DNA of 64,000 nucleotides, taken from a virus. Position numbers and translations under genes: made by a program. Shown here piece after piece: positions 1 to 10,700 of the stretch (positions are counted from its first letter, which is position 1; each line of letters opens with the position of its first letter). The stretch is taken from the IMG/VR virus record IMGVR_UViG_3300021962_007571, positions 19,526 through 83,525 of that record. The stretch is one strand, 5' to 3'. The notes under the pieces were generated by a model. The model was given only the letters and a program-made list of their open reading frames with translations. It did not search any database and was not told the origin of the DNA.

Positions 1-71
1 ACATCCAATGCGTAGTCTTCAGCTCCAAAGAACTTTCCTAATCTTGTAATTGGCACTTTATTTTGACTCAT
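1..71 (-). CDS. 5' end of a gene running off the window (MSQNKVPITRLGKFFGAEDYALD...), product unknown, possibly a virion protein
   Basis: ATG at 71-69 on the minus strand, open to the window edge, TATTTAT motif 4 nt upstream; absent from the ORF track. Confidence 0.6.
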   Translation of the reverse strand, partial: MSQNKVPITRLGKFFGAEDYALD

Positions 72-118
72 ATTGATAAATATCTAAAAATTTATTATCA
101 TTACATAAATAATGTACT

Positions 119-1900
119 TTGGAAAATAACAACCGAGAAATAAGTCAATTATTAGAACAAAAGGCACTCAATATTCTTGAGTCGTATTCTGGTGCAAACA
201 ATTATCTACTTAGATTAAAAAGACAACAAGAATTAAATAAAAAATTCTACCCAACAAGGGCTCAGTCAGAATACATTGTTAATTTTCATAATGTTGTTCC
301 AAAGATTGCAAAAAAATGGGTTGACTTAGACCCATACTTTGCTAAAAAAATTGCCGACGAAAAACTATACACTAAAATACCTGAACAAGTTTGGATTGAA
401 AAGTTATTAGTTGAGAAAGATAAGTCCTACCATATTTGGGGTAAAATATTTGAGAATGAGGATTTACACGAATTTTGGTTACCAAAGGGTGCCGTAATTA
501 AAACCCACAAGGTTGAGAAAGTTGAAATAGACTACTCCAAGTACGGTCACAGACCTCCACTACAACATCAAAAAGAAGCAATAGAAAAATTAGTAGGGTG
601 TAAAAAGTTTATTTTGGCGGATGATATGGGGTTAGGTAAAACTACCTCAACAATTATTGCCGCATTAGAAACAGGTGCTAAGAAAATTTTAATTGTTTGT
701 CCAGCATCTTTAAAAATAAATTGGATGAGGGAAATTCAAAATTATACAGATAGAAGTGTTTTTATATGTGATGGTAAAAACTATTCAACTGAACACGATT
801 TTGTTATTGTAAATTATGATATCCTTAAAAATTTTCACAATAACGATAAAAAAGAAAGACACACTTCATTAATATTACAATCAAACTTTGAATTAGTAAT
901 TTTAGATGAAGCTCACGCAGTTAGTAACTCTCAAGCACAAAGAACAAAATTAGTTAATGATTTTGCTAAAACAATTGACAAAATTTGGTTGTTATCAGGA
1001 ACACCTATGACTTCAAGACCAATGAATTATTATAATTTATTAAATCTAATTGATAGTCCTGTTGCCCAAAATTGGATGGCTTACGCAATTAGATATTGTG
1101 AAGGGTATCAATTTAAAGTTGGTAATAGAAAAATTTGGAAAACAACAGGTGCGTCTAACCTTGAAGAACTTAGGGATAGGACTTCAATGCAATTTTTAAG
1201 AAGATTAAAAGAAGATGTTTTAGATTTACCTGATAAAATTATTACACCTGTATATCTAAGATTACGTTCAAGACTGTATGAAGAATTGATGGGTGAGTAT
1301 TATGATTGGTACGATAAAAAAGAAGAAGAGTCATCATCATTAACTTTACAGTTTTCAAAGTTAATGAAAGTACGTCAAATTATTGCTGAAGAAAAACTAC
1401 AATCAACATTTGAATTAGCCGAAAACATTTTAGAACAAGGTAAGAAAGTTATTATTTTTACAAACTTTACAGACACTTTAAAAAAGATTGTTGAGAAATT
1501 TGGTAAAGAGTGCGTGTATCTTGATGGTAGTTGTTCTCCCGCTCAGAGACAATATGCGGTAGACCAATTTCAAGAAAATGATAAAATAAGAATATTTGTT
1601 GGAAACCTAAAAGCTGCGGGAGTCGGATTAACCTTAACCGCGGCTGAGGCGGTTATTATGAATGACTTATCATTTGTACCTGCAGAACACAGTCAGGCTG
1701 AGGATAGAGCTTATAGATATGGTCAAAAATCAAATGTTTCAGTGTTTTATCCAATATTTGAAAACACTATTGAAGGAGCAATCTATGATATTCTCTCAAA
1801 GAAAAAACAGATTATCAGTGTTGTTATGGGGGATAATGTGAACTCAGACCCTGCGGATGTTGTAGAGGAAATTCTTAAGATGATACAAAACAGTAGATAA
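119..1900 (+). CDS. SNF2-family (SMARCAL1/HARP-like) helicase
   Basis: Motifs LADDMGLGKT, VCPASLK, ILDEAH, LSGTP, AAGVGLTL, QAEDRAYRYGQ. Confidence 0.92.
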   Translation: MENNNREISQLLEQKALNILESYSGANNYLLRLKRQQELNKKFYPTRAQSEYIVNFHNVVPKIAKKWVDLDPYFAKKIADEKLYTKIPEQVWIEKLLVEKDKSYHIWGKIFENEDLHEFWLPKGAVIKTHKVEKVEIDYSKYGHRPPLQHQKEAIEKLVGCKKFILADDMGLGKTTSTIIAALETGAKKILIVCPASLKINWMREIQNYTDRSVFICDGKNYSTEHDFVIVNYDILKNFHNNDKKERHTSLILQSNFELVILDEAHAVSNSQAQRTKLVNDFAKTIDKIWLLSGTPMTSRPMNYYNLLNLIDSPVAQNWMAYAIRYCEGYQFKVGNRKIWKTTGASNLEELRDRTSMQFLRRLKEDVLDLPDKIITPVYLRLRSRLYEELMGEYYDWYDKKEEESSSLTLQFSKLMKVRQIIAEEKLQSTFELAENILEQGKKVIIFTNFTDTLKKIVEKFGKECVYLDGSCSPAQRQYAVDQFQENDKIRIFVGNLKAAGVGLTLTAAEAVIMNDLSFVPAEHSQAEDRAYRYGQKSNVSVFYPIFENTIEGAIYDILSKKKQIISVVMGDNVNSDPADVVEEILKMIQNSR

Positions 1901-1945
1901 TTTTACAATTCTTGTTATTTATTAGATATACAAAAGCCTTAAAAT

Positions 1946-3613
1946 ATGAAAAATCTGGTAAATAAGATTGAAACGTTAGAAGAGGAAGTTCAGAAAAATG
2001 AAAAGGACTTCGCAAAAAAATTCTTCATTAACGAAATGAAAAAAATAGGAATAGAAAGACTACCCTACTCATATAGTTCCCTTAAAAGATTTATTGACCC
2101 TGAAACTATGGATGTTCACTATAACAAACATTATAAAGGGTATGTCGAAAAATTAAATTTAGCCTTAGATAAGAAAAAATTTGGTGATTTAGATTTAGAA
2201 CAAATTGTTAAAACTATTAGTAGATTTAATAAAACTGTTAGAGATAATGCGGGTGGTGCTTACAATCACGCTTTATTTTGGAAAATGTTGTCACCAAAAA
2301 CTCAAAAACCAAAAGGTATGATTTTAAAACGTGTTGAAAAAGAATACGGTACCTTTGGTAATTTTAAAAAGAAGTTTGAGGAAATTGCTAAAGAAAGATT
2401 TGGTTCTGGTTGGGTTTGGTTAGTAGTAACAAAAACTAATAATCTAAAAATAATGTCCACCCCAAATCAAGACAATCCTTTGATGAACGATGTTAAAAAT
2501 GGTGGATATCCAATATTAGGATTAGATTTATGGGAACACGCATATTATCTAAAATATCGTAATAAAAGAGACGAATACATTAAAAACTTTTGGGATGCGG
2601 TTAATTGGGATTTTGTAGAAAAATTATACAAAATGAAAATTGAAACAAGAATTGATGAGGATATTGTGATGCAACAACTTATGAACGCTTCCAATAAAGA
2701 CATCATCACAGAACAAGAAGCTAAGTCTCAAAGTTGTTCTCACGGTGAAGAAATAAAATTTAAACAATTACTATTTCCCTCTTCAGATTTAAAACAAAAA
2801 ACAACCCTCTATTCAAGATTCAAACAAGACTATGTTAGAGGATGGATGGATATACTTAAAAAATCGTATCCTGAAAATTGGAAAGAAAAAAATTCTTTAT
2901 TTGTTGGTCACGAATCAGGTTTATACAATAAAGAAAACGTTAGGTCGTTACTAATGAACTTAACTTCATCTTATTCGGCATTCTGTATTATTCATAAGGA
3001 TGTTAATCAATATTTAGTCCAAAATAATCAATCACCAATAGAATACACAAACGACCCAAAACACAATTTGTCTGAATTAAGAAGATTTTTCTCAGTTTTA
3101 GATGGTATTCGTTCGATTATTTTTAATAGAGAAAATCAATCAAATACTTTAAAACAAATTGGAGGAGTTCTTAAAAAAACAGATTGTCTTGGTAAAAGAA
3201 ATGAGGACGCCGCTTGTAAAATAATTAATCAAAATTTAGGTGATGGTTCTTGTAAGATAGAATCAGGTGCGGGACATTCAAATGATATGTTATCAGGTAT
3301 TGACGCAACATTAAAATTAGAAGGTAATAATTTAACCGCTCAAATAAAACCTTACAAAACAATTGTGGTTTCTGATAATTTTGTAGCAATACAAGGGTCC
3401 TCAAGTACTCAAGAATATAAAAAGGTTGATACTATCATTTTTGTTAATGTAAAATCACTATCTGTTAAAATATTCAAAACTAATAATATTAAAATTGAAA
3501 AGGGTAACTTTTTAATTCCAAAAGAAAATGAAATTATGTCTATTGTTGGAACAGGAGATATTGAACTAATTGATTGTAACAAATATTTATCAGAAAACGC
3601 AATATGGGAATAA
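1946..3613 (+). CDS. sod: Mn/Fe superoxide dismutase fused to a long C-terminal region containing a PD-(D/E)xK-like nuclease motif
   Basis: LPYSY..L, HYNKH, NHALFW, FGSGWVWL, NQDNP, DLWEHAYY in aa ~36-228; C-terminal GKRNE...GIDA...AQIK. Confidence 0.9.
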   Translation: MKNLVNKIETLEEEVQKNEKDFAKKFFINEMKKIGIERLPYSYSSLKRFIDPETMDVHYNKHYKGYVEKLNLALDKKKFGDLDLEQIVKTISRFNKTVRDNAGGAYNHALFWKMLSPKTQKPKGMILKRVEKEYGTFGNFKKKFEEIAKERFGSGWVWLVVTKTNNLKIMSTPNQDNPLMNDVKNGGYPILGLDLWEHAYYLKYRNKRDEYIKNFWDAVNWDFVEKLYKMKIETRIDEDIVMQQLMNASNKDIITEQEAKSQSCSHGEEIKFKQLLFPSSDLKQKTTLYSRFKQDYVRGWMDILKKSYPENWKEKNSLFVGHESGLYNKENVRSLLMNLTSSYSAFCIIHKDVNQYLVQNNQSPIEYTNDPKHNLSELRRFFSVLDGIRSIIFNRENQSNTLKQIGGVLKKTDCLGKRNEDAACKIINQNLGDGSCKIESGAGHSNDMLSGIDATLKLEGNNLTAQIKPYKTIVVSDNFVAIQGSSSTQEYKKVDTIIFVNVKSLSVKIFKTNNIKIEKGNFLIPKENEIMSIVGTGDIELIDCNKYLSENAIWE

Positions 3614-4716
3614 TATCAGAACCACACAGGTCAAAATTATACACAAGAGTTAAACATCTTTTAGGTGCACCGATAAGAAGTGTCGAATTAGAAGATGAAA
3701 TGTTAGACTCGTTATTAGAATTAGCAATTGGAGATTATTCACAATATATCCAAGATTGGTTAATTGAATCTCAATGGTCGGCATTACAAAATTTAAATTT
3801 AGATGAACAATCTTTAGCCAGAGCTTTTGTAACTAGAAGTTTAGACTATGAAACACGTTATAGTTACGCATATTCTAAAATTGTTGGACTACAGGCTGGT
3901 GGTGATTGGGTGTTGAAAAAAGATTTTATTGAACTTAAAAAAGGTCAACAATTGTATGAAATACCTAAAGGTAGAGAAATCAATGAATTACTTTGGTTTA
4001 CACCTGCTGAGTTAACAAATATTTTATTTGACCCTTGGTCTTTTGGGGCTATGGGTGGACCTGGACTTGGAGGTCCTGGCGGATACTCTCAATTAGGTTA
4101 TAGTGGTTCTTATTTCTTAATGCCTGCGTTTGATATGTTGTTAAGAATGCAAGAAATTAACATACAGAGAAGAATTATTTCTTCAGAATTAACATATAGA
4201 ATCACCGCGTTACCTGATGGTAAAAAAATGGTTCATTTAATGAACACACCAGGAGGTAAATTTGATTTTGGTAATTCAAATTTTTACAGTGGTAAAGTTT
4301 GGTATTGGTATTATGATGTTGATGGCCCAGATAGAGATAAGTGTTTGGCAGAAAATCCTGATATTATCAAACTACCTTCAGATGTTCCTTTTGATGAAAT
4401 AGCTTGGATTGATTTAAATAACCCCGCCCAACAATGGGTTAGAAGATGGTTTATCGCTCTTTGTAAAGAAACGTTAGGAAGAGTTAGAGGGAAGTATAGT
4501 GGTAACTTAAAAACACCTGATAGTGAATTAACTATGGATTATCAAAGTTTATTAACTGAAGGTAAAGATGAAAAATCTAAGTTAGAAGAAGAACTTAAAC
4601 TAAGGTTAGAGAGAATGAGACCTGAAAAAATGATGGAGAAAGAAGCTTTAACCGCAGAAAATTTAAATAAGGCAATGAAATTTAGAGCAATGCCAAGACA
4701 AATATACGTAATTTAA
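3604..4716 (+). CDS. Neck/head-completion protein (T4 gp13-like)
   Basis: N-terminal LGAPIRSVELEDE and C-terminal WVRRW..ALCKE.LG.VRGKY..L pattern typical of gp13-like proteins. Confidence 0.7.
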   Translation: MGIISEPHRSKLYTRVKHLLGAPIRSVELEDEMLDSLLELAIGDYSQYIQDWLIESQWSALQNLNLDEQSLARAFVTRSLDYETRYSYAYSKIVGLQAGGDWVLKKDFIELKKGQQLYEIPKGREINELLWFTPAELTNILFDPWSFGAMGGPGLGGPGGYSQLGYSGSYFLMPAFDMLLRMQEINIQRRIISSELTYRITALPDGKKMVHLMNTPGGKFDFGNSNFYSGKVWYWYYDVDGPDRDKCLAENPDIIKLPSDVPFDEIAWIDLNNPAQQWVRRWFIALCKETLGRVRGKYSGNLKTPDSELTMDYQSLLTEGKDEKSKLEEELKLRLERMRPEKMMEKEALTAENLNKAMKFRAMPRQIYVI

Positions 4717-4720
4717 TTAT

Positions 4721-5056
4721 ATGGGAATAATACGAAATACACCTTCAGAAAGAATAGTACAAGGTAAATTGGTTGTATCATCAGAACAAGTTATAGTTTC
4801 TGATTCACAATTTAAAACAAGAGGTGAAGGTGTTGTAATTGTAAAAGGTATCGACAGTAGTAAAGTTATTTTAGACCACACAACAACTGATAGAGTAGTG
4901 ATTAAGGCATTAACTAAAGTATTAATAATACCTATGAATGGCAAAATTGACGATGAATATGATGAACTTTTATTAGATAAAGGTTCTTGTGTGGAATTTT
5001 CATATTGTATTGGAAATTGGTACATACTAAGTTCAGACGGATTAAAAATGAGTTAA
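4721..5056 (+). CDS. Small beta-rich hypothetical, probably virion protein
   Basis: Co-oriented with the neck gene; ends GNWYILSSDG like fibre C-terminal modules. Confidence 0.5.
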   Translation: MGIIRNTPSERIVQGKLVVSSEQVIVSDSQFKTRGEGVVIVKGIDSSKVILDHTTTDRVVIKALTKVLIIPMNGKIDDEYDELLLDKGSCVEFSYCIGNWYILSSDGLKMS

Positions 5057-5060
5057 AAAT

Positions 5061-5087
5061 AAAAGGGGGTTTTAGACCCCCTTTTTT
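5061..5087. terminator. Bidirectional intrinsic terminator
   Basis: AAAAGGGGGT-tttag-ACCCCCTTTTTT between convergent genes. Confidence 0.85.
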
Positions 5088-7800
5088 AATTTATATATTC
5101 TTCCCATCCTTCTTCCGCCAACTCATACATATAATCGGGACTTAATCCTCTTTTATCCCAATACTTTAATTCTTGTTCTGAGATATCCAAAACATCTTCT
5201 TGTAGTCTATCTTGACCTGATGGGTCAAATGGTTTCCCGTTAATCAATTCACATTGTTCTTTGGTAAACAATCCACGTTTTTCAGGGTCTAAAACTAATA
5301 AGTTATCTCTAACCTCATCTTTAAACACAACTAATAAAGGTTCAATACGTTTATTAAACGTTGTAATAGCTCGTGGGACATTATACTCACCTGTTAAGTC
5401 AGGATTATCTTCTAACGCTTTACTGTCTAACATATAACAGTTTAATACTGTTTCTTCACCTTTCTTTTGTACGTCACCGTGAGATGCTCTAATTCCGTTA
5501 TTAACATAAAATATGACATCACCTAAGTTAATATTAAGTCCGTGTTTGATGGCTAATTCCATATGAGCCATTTTACTCATAGACCCACCCGACTTTGTTT
5601 TTTGAGTACTTCTAATTCTATAATCTTCTAAAGACAATTTAACTTTAGCTCTTTGGGCAATTTGTTTTAATGGAATCTTTTGGTCAAATATTTTCTGTAA
5701 GTATTCGTAATACCACTCAACAAATTCTTGACCTTTACCCTCTAACAATAGTTTAACTCCTTTATCCAAAAATGCCTCAATATATAAAGGTAGTTTTTTA
5801 GATTTAATAGTGTTACCCGTTAACTTAACTTTACCTTTGGCATCCATAACCGCATAGTTCTTACGAGCCAAGTTAATACAAGAAGGCCAAGTACCATCAG
5901 TATCTAACGCCATTTCACCTCTCATAAATAAATCGTTGAACTCCGCAACGTCCGCGTCATCGCCAGTATATTCCTTACCCTCTTTAACTTTCCAATTTAA
6001 ACCTTTACCGATATAACGTCTGTTTTCCCATCCTTCAGGTTTAGAGAAGTTCACACCGTCCGTATCCATTACAAGAGGGGTATATCCTCGTTTCATAAAG
6101 AACTTAATCATCATACGAAGATATTGTCTTCCTGTACAAGTAATCTGTTCACCCATATACATATCACCCCAAGCAAATACCTGTGGAGCTGATAACGCAC
6201 CGAACATCGAGTTAATAAAAATCTTAATTGGTAACTGTTTACGGTCATAAGATAACGACTTCTTAGGGTCGGTTTTCTCATATTGACCCGCCAAGTTTTT
6301 ATACAAGATACGAGTATCACGGAAGTACTTCAACATCGCTTTCATACCACCTGTAACGTCACATTCAGGAAATACATCGTGTACCAACTGAATAGAAGGG
6401 TATAGGGAACTAAAGTCAAGTTTCAATACGTTTCTTGAGTAACCTACTTTAAGTAGTCTTGATAAACCACCAACAAAGTCTGTTTTATCTTGTTTTTTAG
6501 GTATTGCTAACTTGAACTTATAAGACCAAGCTAACATTAACATTTTCCATAATGTTGCGGTACCCATAGTTGAAACTCTTTCGTAGGTTGTCGGAATCAT
6601 AGATGCCAACAAAAATGAACCCTGATTAAATTCATCATCGACAACAAGAGTTTCTTCCAAGTCATCGTCAAGATATCTTTCAACTACATTATCACCTGTT
6701 ACTTTAATGTAAGTACCAGGAAATCTAACATCTAAATTATCAAATTCAGGTTTGTCGGCTCTCTTATACTTACCGTTAGTAACGTTTAACCAATACTCTT
6801 CTTTTTTGGCATACATAGGACCAATCTCTAAATGGTCAATATATACACGGTCTTGAGCCTCAGCATCAATATATTGAGTAATGTATTTCAAACCTGCAGA
6901 CTTAATACTTGAATTAATTGCCTGAGCTCTACGTACAGAGTGAATAATATCAATTACGTTGTAACCCCAAATTGATACTTGATTGAATCGTTCTACTTCA
7001 TTCGCAAGTTTCAACATACTCTCTTTTTGAGATATGGTTCTTGCAGGATTCAATGAACGGCAAACCTTTTTAATGTCTAAATTAAGTGCCTTACATCTTT
7101 CAAATATCCAAAACCAGTCGAAGTTAGCTGAATTGTAACCACCAATAATACTTGGTTTTATTTCGTCAATAATGTTAAAAAACTGAACTAACCCCTGTCT
7201 TTCTTGTTCTTCAGTTGCACATTCGATTACCTTTTGATAACCTTTGTTAGTTTTTATTCCAATCATAAAGATACGACCGTCCTTAGGTTCAAGTGCGGTC
7301 GTCTCTAAGTCGAATACAAGTCGAGTAACATCATTGTACTCCTCATATCCTTTAAATAAACGTTTTTCTCTTTGTATTAAGTATTGTTCTACAGGAGGTA
7401 GAATCATAATTAAATCTTTCGCCCTTTCACTCCAAGGGTCTAAACCACCATCTCTAAAGAATTGGATTAGAGTACGGTAACCTTTTAAAGATTTAACCAT
7501 ATACTTAAGACCTTGTTCCATTCTATCATTACCTTTAGTTTCTAACTTTTCGATAACAATACCATATTTGGTCATATTTTCTTTTTGAGCGCCTTTAGAA
7601 TTTTGATAAAAGTTTAAACCTTTCAAATCTCCAACCCACGCAAATGCAATAAAACTGTCTTTTTGGATTACTTTTCCCTGACCAGGGATTTCTTTAATTT
7701 TGTAAATTGAATCTGACACATAATCAAATTCGACCGCCACGATAAATTCTTCGGGGTCATTACCTTCAAGGAAGGATTTAATTTCTTCTTGACTAATCAT
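5086..7800 (-). CDS. polB: Family B DNA polymerase
   Basis: Exonuclease FDLET and GYNSANFD; polymerase LDFSSLYPS, KIFINSMFG, MDTDG, KNYA. Confidence 0.95.
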   Translation of the reverse strand: MISQEEIKSFLEGNDPEEFIVAVEFDYVSDSIYKIKEIPGQGKVIQKDSFIAFAWVGDLKGLNFYQNSKGAQKENMTKYGIVIEKLETKGNDRMEQGLKYMVKSLKGYRTLIQFFRDGGLDPWSERAKDLIMILPPVEQYLIQREKRLFKGYEEYNDVTRLVFDLETTALEPKDGRIFMIGIKTNKGYQKVIECATEEQERQGLVQFFNIIDEIKPSIIGGYNSANFDWFWIFERCKALNLDIKKVCRSLNPARTISQKESMLKLANEVERFNQVSIWGYNVIDIIHSVRRAQAINSSIKSAGLKYITQYIDAEAQDRVYIDHLEIGPMYAKKEEYWLNVTNGKYKRADKPEFDNLDVRFPGTYIKVTGDNVVERYLDDDLEETLVVDDEFNQGSFLLASMIPTTYERVSTMGTATLWKMLMLAWSYKFKLAIPKKQDKTDFVGGLSRLLKVGYSRNVLKLDFSSLYPSIQLVHDVFPECDVTGGMKAMLKYFRDTRILYKNLAGQYEKTDPKKSLSYDRKQLPIKIFINSMFGALSAPQVFAWGDMYMGEQITCTGRQYLRMMIKFFMKRGYTPLVMDTDGVNFSKPEGWENRRYIGKGLNWKVKEGKEYTGDDADVAEFNDLFMRGEMALDTDGTWPSCINLARKNYAVMDAKGKVKLTGNTIKSKKLPLYIEAFLDKGVKLLLEGKGQEFVEWYYEYLQKIFDQKIPLKQIAQRAKVKLSLEDYRIRSTQKTKSGGSMSKMAHMELAIKHGLNINLGDVIFYVNNGIRASHGDVQKKGEETVLNCYMLDSKALEDNPDLTGEYNVPRAITTFNKRIEPLLVVFKDEVRDNLLVLDPEKRGLFTKEQCELINGKPFDPSGQDRLQEDVLDISEQELKYWDKRGLSPDYMYELAEEGWEEYIN

Positions 7801-7892
7801 TTATATATTTTTTAAAGTGGTTTATTAGCTGCCGTATATAACGACATTTACCTTACCTCAATAAATATAAAAATTTTAAAGATTTAAGTCAA

Positions 7893-8273
7893 TTAGCAAC
7901 AAGGATTATCTGAAATAAAACTATCTTGGATATTGACAAACAATCGTTCTCTGATTGGGACGATTAGGTCTCCTTGGTCATTTTTTAACATAAACTGACC
8001 TTCGTATCTACCGACCTTATTGGTGTCTTTCTTTTTGAATTGGTAGTAAATATAATATTCTGTAGGAGTATTTGGGTCTACAAAAGTTTTTGAGACAAAC
8101 CCTGCGGCTTTACCAGTTATCTTAGGGATACCTGTTTCAGTATCAATCATAGTGAAAATAATAGAAGAAGATTCTATCAAATCCATAAATTTATGATAGT
8201 CACTTCTACCATCTTTAACTACTTGCATTTTAAGAATAGGTAGGGTTGCGTTCTTTTTAATAAAAAATTCCAT
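7893..8273 (-). CDS. Ig-like virion protein (BppU N-terminal-like)
   Basis: FFIKKNATLP.L...YQF...DT...GRYEGQF pattern; late motif upstream. Confidence 0.55.
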   Translation of the reverse strand: MEFFIKKNATLPILKMQVVKDGRSDYHKFMDLIESSSIIFTMIDTETGIPKITGKAAGFVSKTFVDPNTPTEYYIYYQFKKKDTNKVGRYEGQFMLKNDQGDLIVPIRERLFVNIQDSFISDNPCC

Positions 8274-8338
8274 CAAACTTTTTATAATAAATACATTGTA
8301 ATTTAAAATAATGATATAACTATGCTTATTTTACTTCA

Positions 8339-9142
8339 TTACAACATAATATCAAAATATTCTCTCCAATCAGATTTAATTAAATGAAATAAATCTTTTT
8401 GTTTAGAATAACAGATATCAAATATCTTCTCATCACTACCAATATATCCATCATTAATTGACTCTTCTATTGTATTAACAACTAAGTCCAATAAATTATC
8501 TATTAAATGTGAAGGTAATAAAAATGCGGTTCCCTGTATATGTCTTATCTGTGATAAACTATGATATTCTTTATTTGGTATTGTAAAATCTTCATTGTGA
8601 CTAAAAAATGTGATTTTGTTAGGGTCCAAAGATTTAACTTTTAATATGTTTGGCCATTTTTTGTTTTTATAAAGATTAATATCATTTCTTAAACCTCCAG
8701 CATCTGCCCAAATAACAATATCATTATTAAAATAATTGTTGTCTATAGTGTCTTTAAGAAAAAAAACTTTGTTAAACATTATTATGTTGTATAAAGGTTG
8801 ACACATTTCGGGAACATCGGGGAAACTAACCTTAGATTTAAAATCTTCTGAAAACATTAGACCACTTAAAGAGTCGTAATATTTTTGATACATAGGTAAC
8901 TCAGATAGAGGTTTCTCAATAAAGATAGTTTTTTCAAGATTAGGGTCAAACTCTTTTCTATATTTAGTTAATTCGTCAACAAATTTAGATTCTGTGTATA
9001 CCACAATATTACAATCTAATGATAGTGTATTTCTCATCCACCAACCATAGGTGTGATAAGACATTCTAAAATTATTCCAATTTTCTCTACCAATATCATA
9101 TAGAGCCATTACTATAACAGGATTATTTATATCCATTCCCAA
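8339..9142 (-). CDS. HtrL/YibB-like putative glycosyltransferase
   Basis: ALYDIGR, Y....NK..FL......N.F.....W.DAG, G.DE/Q pattern. Confidence 0.7.
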   Translation of the reverse strand: MGMDINNPVIVMALYDIGRENWNNFRMSYHTYGWWMRNTLSLDCNIVVYTESKFVDELTKYRKEFDPNLEKTIFIEKPLSELPMYQKYYDSLSGLMFSEDFKSKVSFPDVPEMCQPLYNIIMFNKVFFLKDTIDNNYFNNDIVIWADAGGLRNDINLYKNKKWPNILKVKSLDPNKITFFSHNEDFTIPNKEYHSLSQIRHIQGTAFLLPSHLIDNLLDLVVNTIEESINDGYIGSDEKIFDICYSKQKDLFHLIKSDWREYFDIML

Positions 9143-9882
9143 TTAACTTTAATATTTTTATGTTGAATATCCACTTCGTTTACATCAAAATAATTTGAAG
9201 TGTTATCAGAGTTTATTAATGTACTTAATTTAAATCCGTACTTATTTAAAACTGTAGGGACAAATCCTTCAGAATATGCGTAATACCCGTTATTGTTAAG
9301 CTCAAGTAATTTTTTTAACGCCTTATTTGAAAATCTTGTTGTCGGGAAAAACGAACCAAACATTTCGTTAGTTTCTTCAGGTAGTACGTCTCCGTCACCA
9401 GGAAATCTATCAAACCAAAGACTTTTTGAGAAAGTTTTATTGTCAATAGTTGGCACATTTTGTTGTGAGATTACCCCGTCTTTTTTAAAACAAAAATATG
9501 ACATAAAATCAGAATCATCTTTGTCTGTTCCTAAGAAAAACTCTTCCCAATTTTTTATTTTAATATCATCATCAAAAAACCAATAAAAATCGTAATTAGG
9601 ATTTTTCACATAAAAGTATAACATCCTTAAATGAGCAAAAAACCAAATAATATTTCTATTACCATACGAGTTCCAATAATGATTTTTACTAACATCTATG
9701 TTAAAATTAAGATTTTCTCTAATTTCTTTTTCGGTATATTTAAATCCGACATCAAATGAAGAATCATTTGTAATATCTGACACCCAAATTAATCTTTTAT
9801 CTTCTTTTGGAAAATTATTCCAATTATCAACATAACTTGGGTACATATTAGGTGTTGTACAAACACAATTTATATTATTCAT
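9127..9882 (-). CDS. Putative GT-A fold glycosyltransferase
   Basis: YDFYWFFDDD (DxD), RFS..AL, SE.FVPT; cluster context. Confidence 0.6.
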   Translation of the reverse strand: MNNINCVCTTPNMYPSYVDNWNNFPKEDKRLIWVSDITNDSSFDVGFKYTEKEIRENLNFNIDVSKNHYWNSYGNRNIIWFFAHLRMLYFYVKNPNYDFYWFFDDDIKIKNWEEFFLGTDKDDSDFMSYFCFKKDGVISQQNVPTIDNKTFSKSLWFDRFPGDGDVLPEETNEMFGSFFPTTRFSNKALKKLLELNNNGYYAYSEGFVPTVLNKYGFKLSTLINSDNTSNYFDVNEVDIQHKNIKVNWEWI

Positions 9883-10693
9883 ATTCTTTAGTTAAAATTT
9901 CATTCCATTCAGGAATTCTATTAAATTGATGTACTATATCGTACTTTAAATTTTCGTGAGTAAAAACTTCATTACCGACTAACTGAGCAACTCCGCCATA
10001 TCTACCTATAAATCCGTTTTTAAAACCCCAACTTTCAAAAAATTGTGTTGGTCCGCCTAAAGCACAATGTAACGTCCACCCTTCAGTAACTTCAAATATT
10101 CTTAAATTATCAATTTTATTTTCAAATATCATAATAATTAAAGCCGCTTGGTCTTTAATGTTGTGGTTATTTAATCCGTTTTCACACATCAAAAACAGTT
10201 CATCGTACAATTTAATTAATGACTCTCTTTTACCTCCAATAACTCCTGAACAAATAATGTCTTGATTTAAACACTTACCAAAGTATTCGGGAAAAACCTT
10301 ATTTATTACGTCAGTATTCCAAGGTTCCTGTATTAATTTTAACCCTTCAGAACCTACAAATACGTCATAGTTTAAATCCATTTTAGTAAAAGGGTCTGAT
10401 TGGAATACAACATCAAAAACGTCAGTGATTAAGAATAAATCTATATCACTAGTTTTTAAAAATTCTAATGTTTTACCAAGTCTTTTATGATTAATATAAT
10501 AGGTATCGTCAATACTAACAGGTATTGATATGATACCAATTTCTTCACACATTTTAATTTCTTCTTCAGTTGAGTTGGCACATAATAGGATAATATCACC
10601 ATCCGAATATTTTTTAAAACTTTTTGACCATACTTTTATTTTATTAAAATTTAATTTAATATTATTTGATAATCCTAATAACGCTTTTTTCAT
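9875..10693 (-). CDS. Putative GT-A glycosyltransferase
   Basis: TDVFDVVFQSDPF, CSGVIGG, DQAAL, IVHQFNR. Confidence 0.7.
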   Translation of the reverse strand: MKKALLGLSNNIKLNFNKIKVWSKSFKKYSDGDIILLCANSTEEEIKMCEEIGIISIPVSIDDTYYINHKRLGKTLEFLKTSDIDLFLITDVFDVVFQSDPFTKMDLNYDVFVGSEGLKLIQEPWNTDVINKVFPEYFGKCLNQDIICSGVIGGKRESLIKLYDELFLMCENGLNNHNIKDQAALIIMIFENKIDNLRIFEVTEGWTLHCALGGPTQFFESWGFKNGFIGRYGGVAQLVGNEVFTHENLKYDIVHQFNRIPEWNEILTKEYE

Positions 10694-10700
10694 ATGTTTT

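Noticed and set aside
5086-7800. Intein or intron in the polymerase (also checked terminase, helicase and capsid genes)
   Set aside because: Lengths and motif spacing are normal; no splicing or homing-endonuclease motifs seen
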